DNA of 64,000 nucleotides from Patescibacteria group bacterium (GTDB lineage Bacteria; Bacillota; UBA4882; JAAYXC01). Positions within the stretch are counted from its first letter, which is position 1. Every line of letters starts with the position of its first letter. The stretch is from positions 1,544-65,543 of the forward strand of contig JBLNBS010000042.1 in the NCBI GenBank assembly GCA_050260175.1. Direction: 5' to 3'. This document shows positions 1 through 9,818 of the stretch, piece after piece. The translations under genes and the position numbers were made by a program. The notes beneath the pieces are model-generated. The model did no database searches, was not told the origin of the DNA, and saw only the letters and a list, made by a program, of their open reading frames with translations.

Positions 1-2024
1 ACGATCAGGTCGTCCAGCTTCGTGGCGCCGGATTCCGCCGCGCACCGCCGCGCTTTCCGCATGTTCTCTTGGGCTCCCTCCAGGTCGCCCTGGGCCTGCC
101 TGACCCGGGCCAATGCAATGTACCCGTCCACCGCCACCAGCGGGGTCCATGCCCCGGCCAGTTCGATTCCTCGGGACAACTGCGCGGCCGCGTTCTCCAG
201 GTCGTTTCGCTCGCGCGCCAGATCTCCGAGGCCGATCAGGGCCATGCCCGCGATGGGTTCCGCGCCGCCCGCCAGGGTCCGCGCCAATACCTCCTCGTAT
301 CGTGCCTGCGCTTCGCCGAGCATGCCCTCGATGATGGAGATCTCCGCCCGCTGGCACTGGGCCATGGCTGTGAGCACCCGGTTGCCGGCTCTCCGCCCAA
401 ACTCGGCTGACTCCTCGAACGCGCGGCTCGCCTCATCCACATCGCCCTGCATGATCGCGGCGGTGCCCAGGTTGATCGCGGCGAGGCTGCGAAAGATCAG
501 ATCCTCCGGGGGCAGGATCCGGAGGGCCGCGCGCGACAGCTCGCCGCCCCGGCCAACGTCCCCCTGGAAACTGGCGAGCATGCCCCGGAGGGCTGTCCGG
601 GCCCCGGCGACACGCGCCGGCTCTTGTCCGCACGAGGCTTCCAGCAGGGCTTCGATCTCGTCCGGGGAACTGGAGCCCAAAAGAAGCACGGCGGCCTGAT
701 AGATAGGGAGGAGCGGCCGGGAGTGGAGCGCCTCAGCGGTCAGGGCTTCCAGCCAGCGGGCCAGGGTGGCCAGTTCGCCGCTGAAGATGGTATTCTCGGC
801 GGCCCGCTCGATCAGGTCCGCCGCTCGCTCCCGGTCTCCGGCGGCCAAGGCGTGCTCGATCGCTTCCCCGGTCAGGCCGTGCCATTCATACCAAGCGCTG
901 GCCTTGCGATGCAATGCCGCGAGGCCTTCCGCGCCCGCCTGTCGTAATAACCTCTCGCGGAGCGAATCCGCGAAGAGTTGATGATATCTGTACCATCTCC
1001 CCTCGTCGTCCAGGGGGAGGAGGAAGAGATTGGCCCGCGCCAATCCTTCCAGCATGGCCTGGCCCGTCCTCCCGGCCCCGAACCGGGATGGGGCCTCTTT
1101 TTCCTCTTCCCCTTCCCCCGCGAGCAGGAATTCGCAGAGTGGGCCGCAGAGCCGGTCGAGGATAGAGGTACGGAGCAGGAAGGTCTGAACGTCCTCGCGC
1201 TGCCGCGCGAGGACCTCTTCAGCCAGGTATGCCGAGACGTACAGGTTGCCGCCCGAGAAGGACCGGATGAACCCGGCCGCCTCCGGCTGTCCCGCAAGGG
1301 AAATGGCGGCCATCTGGAGCCCAGCCGCCCAGCCTTCCACCCGGCCGGCCAAGGCGGCGGCCTCGTCCGCGCTCAGGCTCGGTCCGCCCGCATTCCGGAT
1401 GAAGGCGGCGGTCTCCTCGGCGGTGAAGCAGAGATCGTCCCTATGGATCTGGCCGAGTTCCCCCCGGGCGCGCCAGCGCGCCAGGGGCAGAGGCGGCTCG
1501 GCCCGCCCGGCGAGCAACGGATGGAGCGTGGGCGGCAACCGCTCGAAGAAGAAGGCCAGGTCGTCGAGGAGCGCGGGCTCGGCGAGGAGATGGAAATCGT
1601 CCAGGGCCATCAGGACCGGGCGCGACAGGGCGGCGAGTTCGTTCAGCAGATCCACCAGGAGGGCCTCGCGGGGAAAGCCGCGCCCTAGGCGGGTGCCGCC
1701 GAGCATGGAGAAGCCGGCCAGGTACGCCAGGGGAGCATCGCCGAAACCGGGGACGGCGGCGGCCAGGGAAGCAAGGAAATGGCGCCAGAATCGCACCCGA
1801 TCGTTATCCGCCTCGTCCAAGGCGAGCCAGGCGCCGGTACACTCGCTCTCCGCCAGCCAGGAGCGGAGCAGGGTCGTCTTACCGTAGCCGGCCGGGGCGG
1901 CGATCAGCGTCAGGCGCCGGAGGGCCAGACTTTCCCGGAGCTTTTCCAGCAACCGGGGGCGCCGGACCAAGGACGGCCGCAGGGGTGGAGGAAAGATCTT
2001 GGTCTGCAGGATGGCATCGGGCAC
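1..2024 (-). CDS. MalT/LuxR-family STAND (NB-ARC/AAA) ATPase transcriptional regulator with TPR-like C-terminal repeats; partial, C-terminus lies beyond window start
   Basis: Minus-strand frame is open from GTG at 2022-2024 (RBS AGGGAGAGGA 6 nt upstream) to coordinate 1 with no stop. The translation contains Walker A LTLIAAPAGYGKTTLL about 45 aa from the start, then an alpha-helical TPR-like region, as in MalT-like regulators. It is absent from the ORF track because no stop codon lies in the window. Confidence 0.65.
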   Translation of the reverse strand, partial: MPDAILQTKIFPPPLRPSLVRRPRLLEKLRESLALRRLTLIAAPAGYGKTTLLRSWLAESECTGAWLALDEADNDRVRFWRHFLASLAAAVPGFGDAPLAYLAGFSMLGGTRLGRGFPREALLVDLLNELAALSRPVLMALDDFHLLAEPALLDDLAFFFERLPPTLHPLLAGRAEPPLPLARWRARGELGQIHRDDLCFTAEETAAFIRNAGGPSLSADEAAALAGRVEGWAAGLQMAAISLAGQPEAAGFIRSFSGGNLYVSAYLAEEVLARQREDVQTFLLRTSILDRLCGPLCEFLLAGEGEEEKEAPSRFGAGRTGQAMLEGLARANLFLLPLDDEGRWYRYHQLFADSLRERLLRQAGAEGLAALHRKASAWYEWHGLTGEAIEHALAAGDRERAADLIERAAENTIFSGELATLARWLEALTAEALHSRPLLPIYQAAVLLLGSSSPDEIEALLEASCGQEPARVAGARTALRGMLASFQGDVGRGGELSRAALRILPPEDLIFRSLAAINLGTAAIMQGDVDEASRAFEESAEFGRRAGNRVLTAMAQCQRAEISIIEGMLGEAQARYEEVLARTLAGGAEPIAGMALIGLGDLARERNDLENAAAQLSRGIELAGAWTPLVAVDGYIALARVRQAQGDLEGAQENMRKARRCAAESGATKLDDLI

Positions 2025-2492
2025 GGTCGATCCTCTCCCTGGCGCGAAGCGGCGGTCGTCGCCCCGCTTGCGCTCAAATTCCTGCCGAGAGCTCGGGATC
2101 GATGCATCGGATTCCGCGCGGAAATCGCAAATCCTCCCGGAAAGGGGAAGCCCGTAGTGTGGCTGGAGGTCGGATTCCCTTCTTGTTGTTGAGAAGGAGG
2201 GGAAGGAAGGAAAATAGAGAACTATCGTAATTGATGGTAGTGTTCAGTCTGGCGCACGGTCGGAGCTTGACGCCACAAGATAAAGCACATCCTCGACCAA
2301 TCCTCTCGCGAATTTCGCGACTTTTGCAGCCCCGACAAGGAGGACCCGCACATGCCCTCCACCCCGACCAACGCCTACCTCGTCTGCAGCAAACACGTCA
2401 GTCAGATTGCGATTGCTCGAAGTCACGGGACAGGAGCCGTTCGTTCTGACCAAGGCGGATTTTGAGGAATCCAGTATATCGGCGGAAGGATA

Positions 2493-3050
2493 GTGCGTGC
2501 CATGCTGTTCATGCACAATGTGGGTGAACCGGTCGTCCAGCCGCTCACCGCACGGAACCTCCGGCAAGCGGCGGCACTCATGGTGCGATTGAGACCAGAC
2601 TGGTGGGACATGGAGGGAGCGCTCGGCCAACTCGATTCGGGAACAGGCTGGGCGCTCCTGAATAATGACGGCCGCGTGGCCGGCTGGTTGCTCGCCAATC
2701 TCTTTTCCGGCTACCGAACCCTGCAGATCGAATGCCTCGGTTATGACCAGGACGGGACCCTGGTCATCAACGAGCAACTCCGCCCCTTGCTGATCGCGAG
2801 CGAGGAATGGGCCAAGGGACAGGACTGCGTCAATATCAGGTTTATCAGCGGGTCCGCCGGCACCTCCTGCCACGGAATGGTCATCGAGAGGCCGTGGGAA
2901 GTGTTGAGGGATTTCGCTTCGCTGGAAAATGAGACGATCGAATGGTTCATGTCCATGGGTTACTTACCGTCAGGCCTCCTTCCGGACATCTATGGGCGGG
3001 GCTGCCACGGCATCATGCTGATCAAGCGGTTGTGGACCGGTCAGCGATGA
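2493..3050 (+). CDS. hypothetical protein (possibly acetyltransferase-like); lower-GC gene
   Basis: 185-aa ORF with protein-like composition in a ~58% GC patch. It is preferred over the overlapping 2244..2873 minus ORF, whose translation is low-complexity. Confidence 0.35.
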   Translation: MRAMLFMHNVGEPVVQPLTARNLRQAAALMVRLRPDWWDMEGALGQLDSGTGWALLNNDGRVAGWLLANLFSGYRTLQIECLGYDQDGTLVINEQLRPLLIASEEWAKGQDCVNIRFISGSAGTSCHGMVIERPWEVLRDFASLENETIEWFMSMGYLPSGLLPDIYGRGCHGIMLIKRLWTGQR

Positions 3051-3199
3051 TATACGTCCTGGAGTAACACAAGAGCGTGTGTCGACGATTGGGGCCTCCG
3101 AAGCCAAGGTACCGGTCTTGTCGAGGGGATTCTGGCAGATTTTGCCCCGAAAGGCTTCGCGTATTTGGCGATCTCAATGAAAAAGGAGGATGCCCGCAG

Positions 3200-3463
3200 A
3201 TGTCCAATGAGGAATTGACCGTGGCCCTGGAAAACGCCCAGCGTCAGATCGAATCCTTGCGGAACGAATTGGCTTCGTTCAAGCAGTCGGTCCGTGAGCA
3301 TAGGCACGAATACCATACCAATCTGATGAGCGATAAATTCCTTACCAGGGCCTTCGCGGTCTTGGGGCATTACATGGTGGCCGGTTTGATCGTTGCTGCG
3401 CCTTTCTACATCATTGCCATCATTATCGGCATAATCGCCGGCATTGCCGGCAGTATCCACTGA
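3200..3463 (+). CDS. small membrane protein (N-terminal coiled coil, C-terminal hydrophobic helix)
   Basis: ATG at 3200 is preceded by AAAAGGAGGA. The C-terminus AGLIVAAPFYIIAIIIGIIAGIAG is a clear transmembrane segment. The upstream part of ORF 3077 is probably untranslated. Confidence 0.4.
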   Translation: MSNEELTVALENAQRQIESLRNELASFKQSVREHRHEYHTNLMSDKFLTRAFAVLGHYMVAGLIVAAPFYIIAIIIGIIAGIAGSIH

Positions 3464-3477
3464 CAGCTTGCGGCGCC

Positions 3478-4053
3478 ATGAAAGAACCGGCACTGATCGA
3501 ACCAGCGGCGGAATACGAGGCGGAATACCTGGCGATGCTCGCGGAGTGGCGGGCCACGGGCGAGAAGCTCACTCCCTTCGTGCTCAAGATGGACCCGAGC
3601 GATTTCCCGGGTCTGGTGGCCAAACTCAAGCGCTACAGTAGGGGCGAGGGCATCCCCGCGTCGTTCGTCCCGCACGAGACCTATTGGCTGGTGGACGAGG
3701 ACCGCCGGATCCTGGGCGTGGTCAATATCCGGCCCCGGCTCAACGAGAGCTTGATGGTACGCGGCGGGCACATCGGCTACGGCGTGCGGCCGAGCGAGCG
3801 CGGCAAGGGCTGCGCCACGGAGATGCTCCGGCTGGCCCTGGAAAAGACGAAAGCCATGGGACTGGAGCGCGTATTGCTGACATGTGACAAGGAGAATACC
3901 GCCTCGGCGCGGGTGATCGTGAAGAACGGCGGCGTTCTGGAATCCGAGATCCACCTGGATGGCGCGATCGTCCAGAGGTACTGGATCGAGCTACATCCTC
4001 CCCGCGCCGCGGCCGAAAGGAAATCCATCGATGCAATCGTTCCTTCTGAATGA
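3478..4053 (+). CDS. GNAT family N-acetyltransferase
   Basis: GNAT core motif HIGYGVRPSERGKGCATEMLRLALEKTKAMGLERVLLTCDKENTASARVIVKNGG. Confidence 0.75.
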   Translation: MKEPALIEPAAEYEAEYLAMLAEWRATGEKLTPFVLKMDPSDFPGLVAKLKRYSRGEGIPASFVPHETYWLVDEDRRILGVVNIRPRLNESLMVRGGHIGYGVRPSERGKGCATEMLRLALEKTKAMGLERVLLTCDKENTASARVIVKNGGVLESEIHLDGAIVQRYWIELHPPRAAAERKSIDAIVPSE

Positions 4054-4816
4054 GTACGGTGCTTACCTATGTTATCACGACCTGCCCGGCGCCGAGCCGG
4101 CCCGGGTCTTCATCCACGGCCTCGGTTCGGCATCCTCCGCTGAGTTCGTCTGGACGGCCGCGCACCCGCTCTTGCGCGATAACCGTTCGATTCTCCTGGA
4201 TCTCCCGGGTTTCGGTTACAGCGACCGCCCGCGGCGTTTCGGTTATTCCTTGGAGGACCATGCGCTCTGCGCGGCCAGGCTCCTCGACCACCTGCAACTA
4301 AAGCGTTGCGACCTCATCGGGCACAGCATGGGCGGATCGGTGGCCATCACGCTGGCGGCCCTGCGGCCGGATCTCGTCGGCCGCTTAGTCGTGGCCGAGG
4401 GCAACCTGGATCCCGGGGGAGGGTCCGTCAGCACCCCCATCGCCCAGCAGCCCGGCTGGCTTTTCGCGCTGGCGGGACACCGCCTGATGCTGCGCCGGCT
4501 CAAAAAGGGCGCCTTCGAGGGGAGCGCGGGCGTTGTCTCATATCACGCCACCGTCCGGGCCTGCGCCTCCCGGTCGCTGCACCGCAGCGCCGTCGGCCTG
4601 GTGCGGGGAACGCGTCCCACCATGCGGGAAAGGTTCTTGAACTTAGACATCCCGCGGGCCTTCATCTTCGGCCAGCGTTCCCTGCCAGATCCGGACCTCG
4701 CGTTTCTTGAGCAGAGGGGTGTACGGGTCTTCGTCGTCCCTGACGCCGGGCACGCCATGATGGATGACAACCCGGAGGGCTTCGCAAGGGCGGTGGCTGA
4801 GGCGCTTGAAGGATGA
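4031..4816 (+). CDS. alpha/beta-fold hydrolase
   Basis: Nucleophile elbow GHSMGG and an HGLGSASS oxyanion region. ATG at 4031 (MQSFLLNEYG...) is the likely true start within ORF 3959..4816. Confidence 0.7.
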   Translation: MQSFLLNEYGAYLCYHDLPGAEPARVFIHGLGSASSAEFVWTAAHPLLRDNRSILLDLPGFGYSDRPRRFGYSLEDHALCAARLLDHLQLKRCDLIGHSMGGSVAITLAALRPDLVGRLVVAEGNLDPGGGSVSTPIAQQPGWLFALAGHRLMLRRLKKGAFEGSAGVVSYHATVRACASRSLHRSAVGLVRGTRPTMRERFLNLDIPRAFIFGQRSLPDPDLAFLEQRGVRVFVVPDAGHAMMDDNPEGFARAVAEALEG

Positions 4817-4902
4817 GGGAACAAAAGGGTAATAATCGCGCGCGGCGTACAAGGATGCGCCGAAGCCGCCTCTCTGCGGGATAATCTGTTTTTCACACCC
4901 CG

Positions 4903-5943
4903 CTAGGGGAGGGGATTCTTTGGCGTCAGCTCGCCGCGCAGATTTTCCCCGACCAGCCGCCGCACCTCGGCCGGGGAGTAGCCTTTTTTGAAGAGGTAAA
5001 AGAGCTTGGTCAGCGCGGCCTCGGCGGTCATGTCCAGGCCGCTGACCACGCCCGCCTCCAGGAGCACGCGGCCGGTGGCGTAAATCTCCAGGTTCGCGGA
5101 GCCGTAGAGGGGCTGGGGCACGTCCACGATGACCACGCCGCGGTCGGCGGCGGCGCGCAGCGCCTCGAGAAAGGGCTTGTTCCGATCGGGCGCGTTGCCC
5201 GCGCCGTAGCACTCCAGCACTATCCCCTGGACCGGTGGCGCCAGGATGTTCTCGAGGTACTCCGCCTTGAGCCCGGGAAAGAGCCTGATGGCCGCGATCG
5301 TGGCCTCGCCCATCTCGACCACTGCCGGCGCGCCGCTCATGGCGGGCGGGGGAGGCACCAGACCCCAGTTGATGACGATATTGATCCCCGCCGTGCCCAC
5401 GGGAGGGAACTTGGGCGAGGCGAAGGCGGCGAAGCCGCCCGCGTCGATCTTGGTGGCGCGGGTGCCGCGCAGGAGCTGGTTGGCGAAGTAGAGGTAGACT
5501 CCGGGCAGGCGGGCGTGGAACTGATCCAGGATCAAAAGAGAGGTCAGGAGGTTTTCCTCCGCGTCGTTGCGCGTCTCCTCCAGCGGCAACTGGGCGCCGG
5601 TCAGGATGACGGGCTTGCCCAGCCCCTCCAGCATAAAGGAGAGGGCCGCGGCGGTAAAGGCCATGGTGTCCGTGCCGTGCAGGACAAGAAACCCGTCATA
5701 ATCGCGGTAATAAGCCTGGATGATCCGGGCGATCCGCACCCAGTCCTCCGGGGTCATATTGGCGCTGTCGAGCAGGGGCTCACACTCGCGGATCTCGTAG
5801 TCGGGCAGATCGGCGGCGTGAAACCGCGGATTGCGCGCGAGCAGATCCGGCAGGCAGCCCGGCACCGGCCGGTAGCCCTGGGGCGTCCGCTTCATGCCGA
5901 TGGTGCCGCCGGTGTAAGCGATTAGAATCCGGGCTCGGGGCAT
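4903..5943 (-). CDS. ansA: L-asparaginase, type I
   Basis: N-terminal ILIAYTGGTIGM threonine-containing active-site motif and full-length similarity to cytoplasmic asparaginases. Confidence 0.85.
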   Translation of the reverse strand: MPRARILIAYTGGTIGMKRTPQGYRPVPGCLPDLLARNPRFHAADLPDYEIRECEPLLDSANMTPEDWVRIARIIQAYYRDYDGFLVLHGTDTMAFTAAALSFMLEGLGKPVILTGAQLPLEETRNDAEENLLTSLLILDQFHARLPGVYLYFANQLLRGTRATKIDAGGFAAFASPKFPPVGTAGINIVINWGLVPPPPAMSGAPAVVEMGEATIAAIRLFPGLKAEYLENILAPPVQGIVLECYGAGNAPDRNKPFLEALRAAADRGVVIVDVPQPLYGSANLEIYATGRVLLEAGVVSGLDMTAEAALTKLFYLFKKGYSPAEVRRLVGENLRGELTPKNPLP

Positions 5944-6050
5944 AATCTCCCTTCCTCGCAGGGGGATTCATTCTTTCCATAGTAGTTTGACAGGGAGGCG
6001 CAACGGTATATAAGGGGAATGGCTTAACTGGATTTGCCCATGTCTTCCTC

Positions 6051-6824
6051 CTATTCCCCCAGCCGGTCGCAGTAAACATGCATCGCCTCCCGCAGGAACG
6101 CGGCCAGGCCCGGTTTGACCTTGTCGATGTTCTCGGTGAAGCGGTGGTCGTTCACATACAAATCCCCGAGGCCGCGGAAGATCTCCGGCGTGCATGCGTA
6201 AAAACTATTTGTGATGTGTTCCCGCCACTCCGTCACCGCGGCCTGGACCTCCGGGTCCGCCGGCCCGCGCTCCATCGCGTCGGCGATGCGCCGGTAGATC
6301 TCGTTGCCCCGGGCGAGGATGGCCGCCCAGTCCTCCTTGGTGTACCTGGCGGTCTTGCGCTCGCACTCCGCCACGACCTTTGGATCGTACTTTTGCCGGA
6401 CCTCGTCGGCATATTTCGCTTGATGTTTCTCGATCTCCGCCATGTCAAAGCCCTCGAACATCTCTTTCTTTTCCATGCTGCGCCCCTCCTCCATCGCTTT
6501 CAGGGTCCTGTCCACGGTCCGGATGATCTCCTCGAGCCGCCTTTTCTTCTCCGTGAGCAGCTCCCTGTGGGCCCGCAAGGCGCGTCCCCGGTCAAAGTCC
6601 GGCCGGTCGAGGATCCCCCGGATTTCCTCGAGGTTGAAGCCGATCTCACGAAAGAAGAGGATCTGCTGCAGCCTCTGGAGGTCGCGGTCGGAGTACTGCC
6701 GGTACCCGGACGGGGTCACGGCCTCGGGCTTCAAGAGCCCGATCCGGTCGTAATGGTGCAGCGCGCGTACGCTGATCCCCGCCATGCCGGCCACTTCCTT
6801 TACCCAGTACGGCAATTCCGCCAC
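6051..6824 (-). CDS. MerR-family transcriptional regulator with TipAS/Mta-like effector domain
   Basis: N-terminal MerR HTH (GISVRALHHYDRIGLL), coiled-coil linker and a C-terminal TipAS-like domain. Confidence 0.8.
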   Translation of the reverse strand: MAELPYWVKEVAGMAGISVRALHHYDRIGLLKPEAVTPSGYRQYSDRDLQRLQQILFFREIGFNLEEIRGILDRPDFDRGRALRAHRELLTEKKRRLEEIIRTVDRTLKAMEEGRSMEKKEMFEGFDMAEIEKHQAKYADEVRQKYDPKVVAECERKTARYTKEDWAAILARGNEIYRRIADAMERGPADPEVQAAVTEWREHITNSFYACTPEIFRGLGDLYVNDHRFTENIDKVKPGLAAFLREAMHVYCDRLGE

Positions 6825-6906
6825 CTCCCGATCACGATCATAAACCCTGACGCAGCGTGAGGGTCAAGAGGGAAATTCCTGTAGGCGTTATGACGCGGCG
6901 CCGGGA

Positions 6907-8325
6907 TCAACAGGACATTTCACGGTCCGACCGGTGATGTAAAGCCATGGCGTGTTCCCATGCGCCAGAGCGAAAACGCAGATAAACAACGGTCGCCCTG
7001 GTATACTGGTCCAGTACCAGGGCGATCCAGGCGCCGTTCAATCCCCAGTGGAAGATGTTGACGAACGCGTAAGCCGCGGCGACTCGAAACCCCCAGATGC
7101 CGATGACGGACGCATAGAGGGGATACATGGTGTCGCCGGCTCCACGGAGCGCCCCGGCCAGAGTGAGCTGTGTGGACTGGCCCGGCTGGGCGAGCGCCAG
7201 GATCTTGAGAATGACGCCGGCCAGAGCCGCGGCGGCCAGGTCGGAGGTGTATAAACGGGCCAAAGGATGCGAAAAGAGAATAAAGATCGCGCCCGTAAAG
7301 CAGGCCGTGCCCATTGCCATTTTGTGGATCGCGCGGGCGTAGCGCCGCGCTTTTTCCGCATCATGCGCGCCAAGGCTCTGACCGACCAGGGTCGTGGCGG
7401 CGACCCCAAAAGCCATGCTGGGCGCAAAAGATATTCCGCTGATGTTCAGGCCGATCTGATGCGCGGCAAAGTTCAGCGTGCCGAGCCCCGACACCGTCCT
7501 GGCAAACAGCATCAGACCGCTTTGCAGCACGAATTGTTCCAGGGCCGCCGGCAGGCCGATGGAGAAAACTTTTTTGACGGTGGGCCAATCAGGACGATAA
7601 TCACCCTTGAAGCGCAGGGCGAGGATGGTCTGGCGCGAGCGAAAGAGTATGTACAGCCCCGCCAGGCAGGCAACGAACCTGGCAAGAGTGGTGGAAGCGG
7701 CGGCGCCCGCCACTCCCCAGCGGGGGAAGCCAAACTTGCCGTAGATTAAGACGTAATTGCCGAAGACGTTCAGGAGGTTGCTGCCCACGTTGTAGAGCAT
7801 CGGCGCCGTGGTCTCCCCGGCGCCCCTCAAGGAGGCGGTAATACCCATCGTCACGGCCTGAAACAGCAGCCCGGCGGCGACAATCTGGAAATAGGCGGTG
7901 GCGTCCTTTACCGTATCCGGCCCCGCACCCATGAACAAGACCACCGGGCGGGCGGCCAGCACCCCCAGCAGGCCGATCGCCGTCCCCAGGATCGCGTTGA
8001 CGACCAGAACCTGGCGGGTGATGGAACGCGCCTTCCTGAGATGGCTGCCCCCGATATTCCAGGCGACGAGCGTGGTCGTGCCGACATTGACCGCGGCGAA
8101 GATGGCCAAAAGCAGCATGAACGGCTGGCCGGTCAGGCCCACGGAGGCGATGGCCGCGGGGCTCAGCCGGCCGACCATGATCATATCGACCATGCCAAAG
8201 AGAGTGGACATGACCAGTTCGACAAAGGCCGGCCAGGTAATGGCCGCGATCTCCCGCCACATGGGATTGAGGCGGGAGCGAGGCGCGCCGGCCTCGCCGA
8301 TCGTGGATGTACCGATGCGTCGCAA
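6907..8325 (-). CDS. MATE family multidrug efflux transporter
   Basis: 472 aa with 12 predicted TM helices and a MATE-type N-terminus (AITWPAFVELVMSTLFGMVDMIMVGRL). Confidence 0.85.
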   Translation of the reverse strand: MRRIGTSTIGEAGAPRSRLNPMWREIAAITWPAFVELVMSTLFGMVDMIMVGRLSPAAIASVGLTGQPFMLLLAIFAAVNVGTTTLVAWNIGGSHLRKARSITRQVLVVNAILGTAIGLLGVLAARPVVLFMGAGPDTVKDATAYFQIVAAGLLFQAVTMGITASLRGAGETTAPMLYNVGSNLLNVFGNYVLIYGKFGFPRWGVAGAAASTTLARFVACLAGLYILFRSRQTILALRFKGDYRPDWPTVKKVFSIGLPAALEQFVLQSGLMLFARTVSGLGTLNFAAHQIGLNISGISFAPSMAFGVAATTLVGQSLGAHDAEKARRYARAIHKMAMGTACFTGAIFILFSHPLARLYTSDLAAAALAGVILKILALAQPGQSTQLTLAGALRGAGDTMYPLYASVIGIWGFRVAAAYAFVNIFHWGLNGAWIALVLDQYTRATVVYLRFRSGAWEHAMALHHRSDREMSC

Positions 8326-8583
8326 AAGGCATCCTTCTTTGAACCGGAATTTTGAAAACTAAAGCCTTATAGGCAGCCTGCTGCGCCTTTGGCGCGCGGT
8401 AGGCGACACCGTATGCATTCTTCGAGCTTCGGGGTCTTTTTCCTTTCCGCATCCACGATCCTGTTCATGCTGGCCATTAATAGCGTACCGAGGGAGGATT
8501 CGTGCATCCGCCCGGGAAATTCCAGAAAAACATCATCTATATCACCCGGGGCGGGCTCATAACGAAAAAAAGAGGAGTGAAGA

Positions 8584-9252
8584 GTGATGCATGAAAGGGA
8601 GTGCTTGAGGATGAGCTCCGCCAGGGGCGGTGGCCGCGGGAAACGGCCCGAGCGGGCGGCGGGAATCCCGGCCGTTCTTTTACTCTTGACGGTGCTCATC
8701 AGCCCTCTTCATGCCTCCGCCGGGCCCCGTTACGACAAGGAGACGGGCACGATCGTCCTGGCCGAGCCCATGATGGCCGCCCTGCGCAGGTTCAACCCGC
8801 GCTTCAAGCCTTGGGCGCTCAAGGATTACGCGCCGACCATCCTGGAGCGATTCGCCGGGGACGAGGCGCCCGGTCCGCCGTTTGCCGTCATCACCGATGC
8901 CAATCGGGACGGCGCGCCCGATGTCATCCTGGACGGGCATGACGGCGCGAGGTCGCTTTTGCTTGCCGTGGTCTCCGATCGGAGCGCGTACGAGGTGGTG
9001 GTCATCGAGGAAAAGGCGAAGGTCGATCCCGCTGTCCTGGAAAATGAATTCGAGGGGAAAAAGGAGAAGGGATTGGCGGCTTACCTCTGGCCCGTGAACG
9101 ACGACAAGGAGACGGGCGACAGAGTGGAAGTCTTTATCCGCCTGTTTCCGCAGCAGACCAACGCAGCCGGCGAGCTCGTGAATGACGGGGGATTTGTCGA
9201 GTACAGTTACTGGAAAGGCAGGTTCTTCATCTCGGGGGAGTTTGTCGCGTAG
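8584..9252 (+). CDS. hypothetical exported protein
   Basis: Signal-peptide-like stretch PAVLLLLTVLISPLHASA. No recognisable domain. The start is uncertain. Confidence 0.4.
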   Translation: MMHERECLRMSSARGGGRGKRPERAAGIPAVLLLLTVLISPLHASAGPRYDKETGTIVLAEPMMAALRRFNPRFKPWALKDYAPTILERFAGDEAPGPPFAVITDANRDGAPDVILDGHDGARSLLLAVVSDRSAYEVVVIEEKAKVDPAVLENEFEGKKEKGLAAYLWPVNDDKETGDRVEVFIRLFPQQTNAAGELVNDGGFVEYSYWKGRFFISGEFVA

Positions 9253-9338
9253 GAGTACCCTGTCCGACGGTAATGAGAGTGGAAGCCGTGCAGGGAAGAG
9301 AATGGAGGGGTGCCGTCGCAAAACCTACCGTCCCGCCC

Positions 9339-9818
9339 TCATCCCCGCCCGATCTCCAGCCTCATCTTCTGGGCGTAGGCCGTAAATCCCACGCTCCGCC
9401 AGAAGGCCGTCGCTTCCGGATTGGCCAGGTAGACGTGGATGTCCAGGGCGTTGATACCACGGCAGGCGAACCAGTCGCGCATGGCGAAAAAGAGCAGGCG
9501 GCCCAGGCCGTGGCGGCGGCGCGCGGGGTCGACGAAGAGGTCGACGATGTAGCCCAACCTCCCCGGCTCGAGCACCGGGGTGAGCTGCTGGACGAGGCCA
9601 AAGATGAAACCTGCGGGCCGGCCGTCCGCGTAGGCGGCAAAGACGGCCCCCTCCCCGGAGAGGAGCGAGGCCGTGGCCCGCTGCAGCCAAGCCTTTTCTC
9701 CGCCGGCGGCGGGGTGAAAGAATGGAATGAGGGCGGCATGATGCGCCATCCCCTCCCGCCAGAGCGGCAGGAGGGCCGGGAGTCCGGCGGCCGTGACCTC
9801 CCGGATCGCGGCGCGCAT
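9339..9818 (-). CDS. GNAT family N-acetyltransferase
   Basis: GNAT motif region RRHGLGRLLFFAMRDWFACRGINALDIHV. Its start abuts the lepA stop codon (9818/9819), suggesting co-transcription. Confidence 0.7.
   Translation of the reverse strand: MRAAIREVTAAGLPALLPLWREGMAHHAALIPFFHPAAGGEKAWLQRATASLLSGEGAVFAAYADGRPAGFIFGLVQQLTPVLEPGRLGYIVDLFVDPARRRHGLGRLLFFAMRDWFACRGINALDIHVYLANPEATAFWRSVGFTAYAQKMRLEIGRG

Noticed and set aside
22-1887. Plus-strand ORFs 22..699, 978..1688 and 1246..1887
   Set aside because: They overlap the minus-strand MalT-like regulator, whose frame contains a clean Walker A and runs open for the whole interval. The plus-strand translations are low-complexity.
2244-2873. 209-aa minus-strand ORF
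   Set aside because: It overlaps the more protein-like plus ORF 2493..3050 and the regulator's upstream region. Its composition is poor.
5986-6013. TTGACA...TATATAAGG promoter-like sequence on the plus strand between ansA and the MerR gene
   Set aside because: Both neighbouring genes are on the minus strand, the spacing is suboptimal (15-16 nt), and no plus-strand gene follows. Likely chance, or at most an antisense promoter.
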